Assembly (NCBI GenBank): GCA_031413595.1
Contig: JANOFJ010000150.1
Location: 1-62,652, forward strand
From: Novosphingobium sp.
GTDB taxonomy: Bacteria > Pseudomonadota > Alphaproteobacteria > Sphingomonadales > Sphingomonadaceae
DNA length: 62,652 nt
Direction: 5' to 3'
Below the pieces are notes generated by a model. The model searched no databases. It was not told where the DNA came from and was given only the letters and a program-made list of their open reading frames with translations. Each line of letters opens with the position of its first letter. Position 1 is the stretch's first letter. Made by a program: the position numbers and the translations under genes. Of this stretch, positions 1 through 9,023 are shown one piece after another.

Positions 1-64
1 TAATCCACATTCCCGATTATGCCTGCGCTTGCGAAAGCCGTGGTTTGCTGCGATTTCATAGGTC

Positions 65-1081
65 ATGACCCCGGCAATCTTCGGCCTTTCCGCAACTGTG
101 CTGACTGCGGAAGAACGCGCCTTTTTCCGCGATGCCGACCCTGCGGGCTATATCCTGTTCGGGCGCAACGTCGTCGATCGCGGTCAACTGCGCGCGCTGA
201 CCGACGAATTGCGCAGCCTTCACGGGCGCGAGCGGACTTTCATCTGCATCGATCAGGAAGGCGGCCGGGTCGCGCGGATGAAGCCGCCGGAGTGGCTGGC
301 CTACCCGGCAGGACAAGCATTTGACCGGCTTTATGATCTGGCCCCGGCCAGCGCGATCGAGGCCGCGCGCGCCAACGCGCAGGCGATCGGCCACGATCTG
401 GCCGAGGTTGGCATCAACGTCGATTGCCTGCCGCTGCTCGATGTTCGCCAGTCAGATGCCAACAATGTGATTGGTGACCGGGCGCTGGGCTCTGAACCGA
501 TGCGGGTTGCCGCGCTTGGCCGTGCAGTGCTCGATGGTCTCGCCCGCGCCGGGGTGGCTGGCACGATCAAGCATATGCCCGGACACGGCCGCACCACTAC
601 CGATACGCACAAGGCCATGCCCACGGTGACTGCGACCTTGGCCGAACTGGAGGCCGATATCGCCCCGTTCCGCAGCCTGGCGGATGCCCCGATCGGGATG
701 ACCGGCCATCTGCTGTTCACTGCCTGGGATGCGGAAAACCCAGCGACATTATCGCCCTACGTGATCGAGGAAGTGATCCGCTGCCAGATCGGGTTCGATG
801 GTCTGTTGCTGACCGATGACCTCGATATGGAAGCGCTGAGCGGTACCGTGCCGTCCCGCGCCGCCCGGGCTGTTGCGGCAGGCTGCGATATTGCGCTCAA
901 CTGCTGGGCGCGAATCGAGGACATGATCGGGATCTGCGATGCGCTGCCGGACATGTCCGCCAAAACCCATGAGCGGCTTGACCGGGCGCTGGCGGCCACC
1001 AGTATCGTCCGCCCGCCGCTGGGCGACCAAGGCGCATTGATCGCCAAGCGTGACGCGCTGCTCGCGCTGGTGCAGGTATGA
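65..1081 (+). CDS. nagZ: beta-N-acetylhexosaminidase (GH3)
   Basis: IDQEGGRV, KHMPGHG and TDDLDM motifs of GH3 NagZ; usual position upstream of scpAB-tatABC. Confidence 0.93.
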   Translation: MTPAIFGLSATVLTAEERAFFRDADPAGYILFGRNVVDRGQLRALTDELRSLHGRERTFICIDQEGGRVARMKPPEWLAYPAGQAFDRLYDLAPASAIEAARANAQAIGHDLAEVGINVDCLPLLDVRQSDANNVIGDRALGSEPMRVAALGRAVLDGLARAGVAGTIKHMPGHGRTTTDTHKAMPTVTATLAELEADIAPFRSLADAPIGMTGHLLFTAWDAENPATLSPYVIEEVIRCQIGFDGLLLTDDLDMEALSGTVPSRAARAVAAGCDIALNCWARIEDMIGICDALPDMSAKTHERLDRALAATSIVRPPLGDQGALIAKRDALLALVQV

Positions 1082-1878
1082 CCGAGCTTATCTTGCCAAC
1101 CGAGCTAGCGCTTGAGGGCGGGGACTGGGAAGGCCCAGCCGCTGCGGCAAGCGACGATAGTGCGCTGTATCTGGAACTGGATGGCTGGGAAGGCCCGCTC
1201 GATCTGCTGCTTGATTTGGCACGGCGGCAGAAGGTCGATTTGCGGACCATCTCGATCCTTGGCCTGGTCGATCAATATCTCAGCTACATCGACCGGGCCG
1301 AGGCGCTGCGGCTTGAGCTGGCGGCAGACTACCTCGTGATGGCGGCGTGGCTGGCCTATCTCAAATCGGCCCTGCTGCTCCCGCGCGAAGAGCAGGAAGA
1401 CCCAAGCCCTGAGGAATTGGCGATGCGGCTGCAACTGCGGCTCCAGAGGCTCGGTGCCATGCGCGAGGCGGCGGCGCGGTTGATGGCGCGTGACCGGCTC
1501 GGCCGCGATGTATTCTCGCGCGGCGCGCCCGAAGGTCTGCGCGTTGATCGCAAGAACCGCTGGCAGTGCGATTGGTTCGCGCTGGTGCAGGCTTACGGGC
1601 AGGTCAAGGCGCGGATGGTCCCGGTGGTTCATATGGTCCGCGACCGCTTGGTAATGACGCTCGACAGCGCGCTGACCCGGCTTTCCGCCATGCTGGGCGT
1701 CAGGCTGGTGTGGATGGAATTGCAGGAGTTCCTCCCCCCAGACGCAGACCCGCGCCTGCGCCGCTCGGCGCTGGCCTCTGGCTTTGTTGCGGCGCTCGAA
1801 CTGGCCCGGACCGGCAAGGCAGAGATGTCTCAGGATGAGACCTTCGGCCCGCTGATGCTGCGGGGCTTGCGCAAATGA
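1078..1878 (+). CDS. scpA: segregation/condensation protein A (SMC kleisin)
   Basis: WEGPLDLLLDL and AADYLVMAAWLAYLKS motifs; ATGA overlap with nagZ. Confidence 0.93.
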   Translation: MTELILPTELALEGGDWEGPAAAASDDSALYLELDGWEGPLDLLLDLARRQKVDLRTISILGLVDQYLSYIDRAEALRLELAADYLVMAAWLAYLKSALLLPREEQEDPSPEELAMRLQLRLQRLGAMREAAARLMARDRLGRDVFSRGAPEGLRVDRKNRWQCDWFALVQAYGQVKARMVPVVHMVRDRLVMTLDSALTRLSAMLGVRLVWMELQEFLPPDADPRLRRSALASGFVAALELARTGKAEMSQDETFGPLMLRGLRK

Positions 1879-2492
1879 CCAATGCTGCGCCGGGAAGCAG
1901 GCCTAATGATCTGGTCCGCGCGGTTGAAGCAACGCTGTTTGCCGCCGAGGAGCCGATGAGCGCGGAAGGCATATCCGCCCATCTGGGCGGGGCTGAGGTC
2001 AAGCCCGCGCTGGCCGAACTGGCCGAGAATTACGCTGGGCGCGGGATCGAACTGGTCGAGCGCGGCAACCGCTGGCATTTCCAGACTGCCCCAGATCTGG
2101 CGCATCTGCTGCGCCGGACGCGTGAGGAGAGCCGGCGCTTGTCGCGTGCGGCCACCGAAGTGCTGGCGATCGTCGCCTATCACGAGCCGGTCAGCCGCGC
2201 CGAGATCGAGGCGATCCGCGGGGTCCAGACCGCCAAGGGCACGCTCGATGTGCTGCTGGAGGCGGGCTGGGTAAGGATTGCAGGGCGGCGCGAGGTGCCG
2301 GGGCGGCCGGTGATTTTCGCCACGACGCCCGATTTCCTGACTCATTTCGGGCTTGCAAGCCGCCGCGATCTGCCCGGCATTGACGAATTGCGCGCCGCTG
2401 GCCTGCTCGATCCGGTTGAGGACGCGCTGGCTGCCGCGATGGACACAGGTTCGGCTGAAACCGACGAAGTGGGCGAAGAATTGCCGGAGTGA
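1875..2492 (+). CDS. scpB: SMC-Scp complex subunit ScpB
   Basis: EATLFA, LAIVAYHEPVSRAEIEAIRGV, GRP..TT..FL..FGL motifs. Confidence 0.95.
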   Translation: MTNAAPGSRPNDLVRAVEATLFAAEEPMSAEGISAHLGGAEVKPALAELAENYAGRGIELVERGNRWHFQTAPDLAHLLRRTREESRRLSRAATEVLAIVAYHEPVSRAEIEAIRGVQTAKGTLDVLLEAGWVRIAGRREVPGRPVIFATTPDFLTHFGLASRRDLPGIDELRAAGLLDPVEDALAAAMDTGSAETDEVGEELPE

Positions 2493-2588
2493 CTCGTAAA
2501 GCCGGCCAACATGGCCTAAATGGAATACAGCAGGGGTTTTGGCAGGCGGCTGGTCCGCTTCGCCCCACGCATGTTCAGGAGTAAACTC

Positions 2589-2828
2589 ATGGGTCTGTCG
2601 CTTCCGCACCTTCTAATCCTTGCGCTGGTGGTGCTGGTGCTGTTTGGCCGTGGCCGGATATCCGAGATGATGGGCGATTTCGGCAAGGGTATCAAAAGCT
2701 TCAAGCAAGGGATTGCCGAGGAAACCACCGATCGCCCGGTTACTCCGCCGCCCGCGCAAATCCCCGCGCAGCCGCCAGTAACTGCCAGCGAAACCGTGAT
2801 TGATCCCACCAAGTCGACCCCGAATTAA
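2589..2828 (+). CDS. tatA: twin-arginine translocase TatA
   Basis: [31 protein letters not shown]; start moved to ATG 2589 behind an AGGAG SD. Confidence 0.92.
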   Translation: MGLSLPHLLILALVVLVLFGRGRISEMMGDFGKGIKSFKQGIAEETTDRPVTPPPAQIPAQPPVTASETVIDPTKSTPN

Positions 2829-2851
2829 TCGGTCCCTCGGGCCAACCAGCC

Positions 2852-3184
2852 ATGTTTGATATCGGCGCTTCCGAGCTGCTCCTGACCGTGATCGTGGCGA
2901 TTGTCGTCATAGGTCCCAAGGATCTGCCGCTGGCGTTGCGCACTGCGGGCAAGTGGATCGGCAAAGTCCGGCGCGTTTCGGGCCATTTCCGCTCCGGCAT
3001 CGAAAATATGATCCGCGAAGCCGAAATGGAAGAGATGGAAAAGAAGTGGGCCGCGCAGAATGCTGCGATCATGGAGGCGCATCCGGCAGCCTCGGCCGAA
3101 GCCGGGGTGCTTGCCGGCATTGATCCGGGCACTACCGCTGCCGAACCGGATAAGCCGACCGCCGCGCCGCAATTGCCGCTCTGA
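2852..3184 (+). CDS. tatB: twin-arginine translocase TatB
   Basis: MFDIGASELL..VVIGPKDLP signature. Confidence 0.95.
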   Translation: MFDIGASELLLTVIVAIVVIGPKDLPLALRTAGKWIGKVRRVSGHFRSGIENMIREAEMEEMEKKWAAQNAAIMEAHPAASAEAGVLAGIDPGTTAAEPDKPTAAPQLPL

Positions 3185-3186
3185 CC

Positions 3187-4032
3187 ATGGCCCTCAATAT
3201 CCGCGACATCGATGAAACACAGGCGCCATTGCTCGATCATCTGATCGAACTGCGAACCCGGTTGCTGCGCGTTGTCATGGTGCTTGCGGTAACTTTCGCG
3301 GTCTGCCTGTATTTCGCCGATGACATTTTCGGCTTTTTGGTCCGCCCCTTGACCGCCGCGTTCCCGGCCGGCGAGGGCAAGCTGATCTATACCAAGCTGT
3401 ATGAAGCGTTCTTCGTCAATATGAAGGTTGCGCTGTTTGCGGCCTTTTTCGTCAGCTTTCCGATCATCGCCAACCAGCTGTGGGCGTTCGTTGCACCGGG
3501 GCTTTACGCCAAGGAAAAGCGCGCCTTTCTGCCGTTCCTGATCGCAACGCCGGTGCTGTTCACCAGCGGCGCGGCGCTGGCCTATTACGTGGTGATGCCG
3601 ACCGCATTCCGCTGGTTCCTGGGCTTTGAAGGCACCCGCGGCGGCTTGAAGCTTGAGGCACTGCCGGGCACCGGGGATTATCTCAGCCTGGTGATGCAGT
3701 TCATCCTGGCCTTCGGGATCAGCTTCCTGCTGCCGGTACTGCTGCTGCTGCTCAACCGCGCCGGGATTGTCACGCGCAAGCAATTGTCGGGCGCGAGGCG
3801 TTACGTAATCGTGGCGATTACTGCGCTGGCCGCAGTGATCACGCCTCCCGATGTGATCTCGCAGCTGATGTTGGCAATCCCGATGCTGATCCTGTTCGAA
3901 GGCTCGCTGATCATCATGCGGCTGGGTGAGCGGCGCGAAGCGAAAGCCAAGGCAGCCGAAGACGCCAATGAAGCCAGCGTAGCCAATGTAGCCGAGGAAG
4001 TGCATCCCTCCACGCCCGAGCCGCTGACCTGA
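3187..4032 (+). CDS. tatC: twin-arginine translocase TatC
   Basis: LDHLIELRTRL, FVAPGLY..E, TPPD motifs; about 6 TM segments. Confidence 0.96.
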   Translation: MALNIRDIDETQAPLLDHLIELRTRLLRVVMVLAVTFAVCLYFADDIFGFLVRPLTAAFPAGEGKLIYTKLYEAFFVNMKVALFAAFFVSFPIIANQLWAFVAPGLYAKEKRAFLPFLIATPVLFTSGAALAYYVVMPTAFRWFLGFEGTRGGLKLEALPGTGDYLSLVMQFILAFGISFLLPVLLLLLNRAGIVTRKQLSGARRYVIVAITALAAVITPPDVISQLMLAIPMLILFEGSLIIMRLGERREAKAKAAEDANEASVANVAEEVHPSTPEPLT

Positions 4033-4043
4033 CGCCAACTCTG

Positions 4044-5747
4044 CTACTTGGCGCTTTGCTTGGCTCCATCAAACACCAGCCGACCACCAACCCAGGTCTG
4101 CAAGACCTTGGTGGCGGCAAGCTCGCTTGGGCTGGCGAGCAGCGGATCGCGGTCCACCAGCAGGAAATCGGCGCGCTCACCCCGGATCAGGCGGCCGAAC
4201 CGGCCTTCGCCAAACCCGGCATAGGCAGCATTGGCGGTATAGGCGGCCAGCGCAGCCTCGCGGGTGATCTTTTCCTGCGGCTGCCAGCCGCCAAACGGCT
4301 TTCCGTCCGGACCCTGCCGGGTGGTCGCAGCAGCCATACCGGCCCACGGATCGGGGAGCTCGACCGGCGCGTCTGACCCGAAGGCAAGCTTTCCGCCCGC
4401 CGCCAAAATCGACTTCCAGGCATAGGCCCCAGCCAGACGGTTCGGGCCGAGCCGGGCCTCAGCCATCAGCCGGTCGGAAGTCTGGTGGACCGGCTGCACC
4501 GAGGCGATTACGCCGTTCCTGCCGAACCGCGGAATATCCACTGGATCGACGATCTGGGCATGTTCGATCCGCCAGCGCCGATCCCCGGTGTAGGTGACCG
4601 CCAGCTCGTCAATCGCATTCAGGACTGAGGCATTGGCCGCATCGCCAATCGCATGGACCGCAACCTGAAAACGATCGAGCGCGGCGCGGCTCATCATATT
4701 CTTGAGCGGAATATCGCCGGTAATCCGCAGCCCGGTGCTGCTGGGACTATCCGCATAGGGTGCCTTGAGCGAAGCACCACGGGATCCCAGCGCGCCATCG
4801 GCAAAGAGCTTTACTCCATTTAGCCGCAAGCGGTCGTCATAGAGCCACGGAGTCGGTCCCGGCCCAGCGATGAGTGTCATTTGCTCGATCCCGGACGCGT
4901 AGGCCATGATCCGGATCCGCAGCGCGCCGACATCGCCCGCGCGGCGATAGGCCTGCCAGTCCTCGATCGAAGTGCCCATATCGGCCGCCGCCGTCACGCC
5001 GCGCGCAAGCAGCAATTCCTGCGCCTTACCCAGCGCAAGGTCGATATCCTCAGGGCGGGGCGGGGGTACTGCCTTTGCGACCAGATCAGTGGCCGTATCG
5101 ACCAGCACGCCCGCCGGCTTACCGGGAGCCTTGCCGACCGCCGCCAGCCGCTCAATCTGTCCGCCAGCCGGCGCCTTGGTCAGCGCAGTGACACCTGCCA
5201 GCGCGAGTGCGCGGCTGTTGGCCCAGCCGGCATGGCCATCAACCCGGTTAAGCCAGACCGGGCGATCACGCACTACAGCGTCGAGTTCTGCGGCAGTCGG
5301 GAAGCGGTCCCTCCCTGCCTCATCACGAAGTCCCCACAGCTCCTGATTCCAGCCGCGCCCGACGATCCACGGGCGATCGGGGTGTGCGGCGGCATAGGCA
5401 GCAATTTTCCCCAGCGCTTCACTGAGCGACTTCGTTTCAGACAGGTCGAGCGTGAGCGCGGCAAAGCCGATGCTCGTGACATGGACATGGGCATCAATCA
5501 GTCCGGGCATCAGGACCCGGTTCTTGCCCTCGACCAGATAATCGACCTTGGCGGGCCGCTTGTCGCCGCGGCGATAGACTTGCTCGATCCGGCCATCATT
5601 GCCGATCAGCAGCCCGGTAAAATGTTCGACCTCACCCTTGGCATTCAGCGTCATACCATCGACATTATCGACCAGCGTGTCGGCCAGGGCCGGGCTTCCC
5701 GAGATGCTGGCCGAAGCCAGCAGCGCGGTGAACAACAGTCGGCGCAT
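4044..5747 (-). CDS. exported metal-dependent amidohydrolase (YtcJ-like, amidohydrolase_3)
   Basis: PGLIDAHVH, DGHAGWANS, KLFADGALGSR, HAIGD, RIEHAQ, GSDAP motifs; N-terminal signal peptide. Confidence 0.88.
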   Translation of the reverse strand: MRRLLFTALLASASISGSPALADTLVDNVDGMTLNAKGEVEHFTGLLIGNDGRIEQVYRRGDKRPAKVDYLVEGKNRVLMPGLIDAHVHVTSIGFAALTLDLSETKSLSEALGKIAAYAAAHPDRPWIVGRGWNQELWGLRDEAGRDRFPTAAELDAVVRDRPVWLNRVDGHAGWANSRALALAGVTALTKAPAGGQIERLAAVGKAPGKPAGVLVDTATDLVAKAVPPPRPEDIDLALGKAQELLLARGVTAAADMGTSIEDWQAYRRAGDVGALRIRIMAYASGIEQMTLIAGPGPTPWLYDDRLRLNGVKLFADGALGSRGASLKAPYADSPSSTGLRITGDIPLKNMMSRAALDRFQVAVHAIGDAANASVLNAIDELAVTYTGDRRWRIEHAQIVDPVDIPRFGRNGVIASVQPVHQTSDRLMAEARLGPNRLAGAYAWKSILAAGGKLAFGSDAPVELPDPWAGMAAATTRQGPDGKPFGGWQPQEKITREAALAAYTANAAYAGFGEGRFGRLIRGERADFLLVDRDPLLASPSELAATKVLQTWVGGRLVFDGAKQSAK

Positions 5748-6643
5748 CAGTTTTTTCCTCTTTGTGGCAAACGCCGAATGATAGCGCTGGTATCCTGCCG
5801 GCCGCCACCCATGGCCTGCACATCGGCATAGAACTGGTCGATCAGCGCGGTGGTGGGCAGCGAAACGCCAAGGCCGCGGCCTTCGTCGAGTGCGAGGCCC
5901 AGATCCTTGCGCATCCAGTCGATCGCGAAGCCGAAGTCGAACTCGCCCTCCGCCATCGATGCCCAGCGGTTGTCCATTTGCCAGCTTTGCGCCGCGCCGC
6001 CAGAAATCGCATCATAGACCTTGTCGAGATCGAGATGCGTGGCCTGCGCAAAGCGCATCGCCTCGGACAGGCTGGCGATGATTCCGGAAAAGGTGATCTG
6101 GTTGACCATCTTGGTGGTCTGCCCGGCGCCTGCCTTGCCGACGTGGACGATCCGGGTCGAATAGGCCTCCATTGTTGGTCTCGCCGCTTCGATGGCTTCC
6201 GGCCGGCCGCCGCACATCAGAGTCAGCGTGCCTTTTTCCGCGCCGGCCTGGCCGCCGGTAACGGGGGCATCGACGCAGTGAATTTCCTTGTCGCGCGCTT
6301 CGACCGCGATCTGGCGCGCGATCCGCGCTGATACAGTTGTGTGATCGATGAACACTGCGCCTCTGGCCAGCGTCGAGAATACGCCCAGCGGCCCCAGCAC
6401 GACATCGGCCAGATCATCATCAGTGCCCACGCAGGTCAGCACCACATCCGCGCCTTCGGCTGCTTCGGCCGGGCTGGCCGCAACCCGCGCGGCAAGCCCG
6501 GGATGGGCCTCCTGCCATTTGGCGGCGCGGGCGGGTGTCCGGTTGAAAATGGTCAGTTCATGGCCTGCCTGGGCAATATGCCGGGCCATCGCTCCGCCCA
6601 TCACGCCAAGGCCGATGTAGGACACTCTTTTCGCTGTAGTCAT
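5747..6643 (-). CDS. NAD(P)-dependent oxidoreductase, 3-hydroxyisobutyrate dehydrogenase family
   Basis: IGLGVMG Rossmann motif, DAPVTGG, K..NQ, KDL. Confidence 0.9.
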   Translation of the reverse strand: MTTAKRVSYIGLGVMGGAMARHIAQAGHELTIFNRTPARAAKWQEAHPGLAARVAASPAEAAEGADVVLTCVGTDDDLADVVLGPLGVFSTLARGAVFIDHTTVSARIARQIAVEARDKEIHCVDAPVTGGQAGAEKGTLTLMCGGRPEAIEAARPTMEAYSTRIVHVGKAGAGQTTKMVNQITFSGIIASLSEAMRFAQATHLDLDKVYDAISGGAAQSWQMDNRWASMAEGEFDFGFAIDWMRKDLGLALDEGRGLGVSLPTTALIDQFYADVQAMGGGRQDTSAIIRRLPQRGKN

Positions 6644-6744
6644 GGCCCCGGTGTGTAACGGGTTTTACCGTAAAGCAAAGCTTGGAGCCGGTAAAAACGA
6701 ATGCAGGTTCCCTCGCCCTCGGCTTTCCGTTACGGCGCGCAGCG

Positions 6745-7998
6745 ATGACCCAGACCGCTCAACTTCCCGCGACCAGCACCAATCCGCTGCTGACGATCGA
6801 CGATATCCGCGCTGCCGCTGCCCGGCTCGAGGGCGCGATCGTGCGCACGCCCACGCTTTACAGCCGCACGTTGAGCGAAATGACCGGCGCCGAGGTCTGG
6901 CTCAAGTTCGAAAATCTGCAGTTCACTGCGGCTTACAAGGAGCGCGGCGCGTTGAATGCGCTGCTTCTTAAGGGCGCTACCGAAGATCGCCGCGGTGTAA
7001 TCGCAGCCTCGGCTGGCAACCACGCCCAGGGCCTGAGCTATCACGGCACCCGGCTCGGTGTGCCGGTGACCATCGTCATGCCCAAGACCACGCCGACGGT
7101 AAAAGTCATGCAGACCGAAAGCGTCGGCGGCAAGGTCGTGCTGTTTGGCGAGTCGTTTGACGAAGCCTATGCCCACGCCCGTCAGCTCGAGGCTGAGCGC
7201 GGGCTGACCTTCATTCACCCGTTCGATGATCCCCAGGTTGCGGCAGGCCAGGGCACGGTTGCGCTGGAAATGCTGGAAGACGCGCCCGAGATCGATATGC
7301 TGGTAATCCCGGTCGGTGGCGGCGGGCTTGCTTCGGGGATGGGCACGGCGGCACGGGCGATCCGGCCGGATATCGGTCTGATCGGAGTGGAGGCAGAGCT
7401 GTTTCCATCGATGTACAACCGGCTCAAGGGCACCGATCTGCCGTGCGGCGGCGACACTCTGGCCGAGGGTATTGCGGTGAAGGAGCCGGGCGAGTTCACT
7501 TCAATGGTTCTTGCCGGATTGCTCGATGATATCGTGCTGGTCAGCGAAGCGGCGCTGGAAAGCGCGGTGGCGCTGTTGCTGCAGATCGAAAAGACCGTTG
7601 TTGAAGGTGCGGGCGCGGCAGGTCTTGCGGCGATGCTAAGTTACCCGAAGATGTTCAAGGGCCGCAAAGTCGGGGTGGTGCTGTGCGGGGGCAATATCGA
7701 TACCAGGCTGCTCGCCAATGTATTGCTGCGCGATCTGGCCCGTTCGGGCCGCCTGGCAAGGCTGCGCCTGACCCTGCAGGATCGGCCCGGCGCCTTGTTC
7801 AAGGTCATGCGCGAGTTCGATGCCCACCAGGTCAACATCATCGAGATCTACCACCAGCGGATATTCACCCATCTGCCGGCCAAGGGCCTGATTACAGACA
7901 TCGAATGTGAAGCCCGTGACAAGGCTCAACTGGATGCGCTAGTGGTTGCCCTGCGCAAGGACGGTTATCAGGTAAGTCAGGTGGAACTGGACCGTTAA
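6745..7998 (+). CDS. ilvA: threonine ammonia-lyase (PLP, single C-terminal ACT domain)
   Basis: KFENLQFTAAYKERGA, ASAGNHAQG, PVGGGGL, LQDRPG ACT motif; start ATG 6745 is my choice. Confidence 0.88.
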   Translation: MTQTAQLPATSTNPLLTIDDIRAAAARLEGAIVRTPTLYSRTLSEMTGAEVWLKFENLQFTAAYKERGALNALLLKGATEDRRGVIAASAGNHAQGLSYHGTRLGVPVTIVMPKTTPTVKVMQTESVGGKVVLFGESFDEAYAHARQLEAERGLTFIHPFDDPQVAAGQGTVALEMLEDAPEIDMLVIPVGGGGLASGMGTAARAIRPDIGLIGVEAELFPSMYNRLKGTDLPCGGDTLAEGIAVKEPGEFTSMVLAGLLDDIVLVSEAALESAVALLLQIEKTVVEGAGAAGLAAMLSYPKMFKGRKVGVVLCGGNIDTRLLANVLLRDLARSGRLARLRLTLQDRPGALFKVMREFDAHQVNIIEIYHQRIFTHLPAKGLITDIECEARDKAQLDALVVALRKDGYQVSQVELDR

Positions 7999-8009
7999 GG
8001 GACGTTAAG

Positions 8010-8043
8010 CAACGCTGTGGTCAACGCTGGGGTCAACGCTGTG
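8010..8043. repeat. 12-bp tandem repeat, ~3 copies (CAACGCTG(T/G)GGT)
   Basis: units at 8010-8021, 8022-8033 and partial 8034-8043, read directly. Confidence 0.85.
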
Positions 8044-8168
8044 CAAAATAAGACTCTGTTAACCCCTATTTGTGGTTAAAAGACTTTCAACGCCGCTCGG
8101 GCAGGGGCATAGTCCGGCTTCTTGCAACGTAGTCCGCGTGCAATTTGTCCAGAGGATACTGCCCGCTT

Positions 8169-9023
8169 GTGACGGCACCTGTTCGCTTTCCCCGGTTCTT
8201 TGTAACCAGCCCCGCGCCGTGTCCGTACTTGCCGGGCCGGAACGAGCGCAAGGTCTTTACCGAGCTGAAAGGCCCGCACGCCGACGCGCTGAACGATGCA
8301 CTGAGCCGGATCGGCTTTCGCCGCAGCCAGACTGTTGCATATCGCCCGTCGTGTGCCGATTGTAACGCTTGCGTTTCGGTGCGCGTCGTGGCCGCCGAAT
8401 TTGCGGCTTCTTCCACGCAAAGGCGCAATCTGAAGCGCAACTCCGATCTGGTAGCAACCATGTGCCGCCCGTGGTCGACCATCGAACAGTTCGAACTGCT
8501 GCAAAGCTACCTAGGCGTCCGCCATCCAGGCGGTGGTATGGCGACGATGGACGAGACCGATTTTGCCGACATGGTCGAGCATACACCGGTCGACAGCTAT
8601 GTCATCGAATACCGCGAGCCGCCAATCGACGGCGTTCCCGGCCGTCTGGTCGGTGCTTGTCTGACCGACCGGCAAGGTGATGGCCTGTCGCTGATTTACA
8701 GCTTCTACGATCCAGAGCACAAAACGCGGACCGGTCTTGGCAATTATATTATCCTCGATCACATTCGCCGCAGTGTCGAAGCGGAACTTCCCTACGTATA
8801 TCTGGGTTATTGGGTCGAAGGATCGGTGCGGATGCAGTACAAAGTTCGCTACCGTCCGCTCGAACGGCTCGGTCGCGATGGCTGGGCTCGCTTTGACGAG
8901 ACTGAACAGGATCGCCTAATTGCCAATGCATCCGCTACCAACCGGAAAACCGCCAAACCGCTTGATGGCAGCTCCAAGGATGGTGTTCCGGGCATGCAGG
9001 ATCAATATCGCTTTATTGATTGA
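8169..9023 (+). CDS. bpt: arginyl-tRNA-protein transferase family (bacterial Bpt, N-degron pathway)
   Basis: [37 protein letters not shown] motifs; GTG start 8169 uncertain. Confidence 0.9.
   Translation: MTAPVRFPRFFVTSPAPCPYLPGRNERKVFTELKGPHADALNDALSRIGFRRSQTVAYRPSCADCNACVSVRVVAAEFAASSTQRRNLKRNSDLVATMCRPWSTIEQFELLQSYLGVRHPGGGMATMDETDFADMVEHTPVDSYVIEYREPPIDGVPGRLVGACLTDRQGDGLSLIYSFYDPEHKTRTGLGNYIILDHIRRSVEAELPYVYLGYWVEGSVRMQYKVRYRPLERLGRDGWARFDETEQDRLIANASATNRKTAKPLDGSSKDGVPGMQDQYRFID

Noticed and set aside
5682-5747. MRRLL N-terminus as a Tat signal beside tatABC
   Set aside because: Lacks the S/T-RR-x-F-L context, looks like a Sec signal, and the gene is convergent with tatC
5747-5758. 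In-frame A_AAA_AAC before the oxidoreductase stop (minus strand), -1 frame entering the amidohydrolase
   Set aside because: It would bury a signal peptide behind a cytoplasmic enzyme; best read as a GAGGA SD plus A-rich spacer, which also weakens the mur frameshift idea
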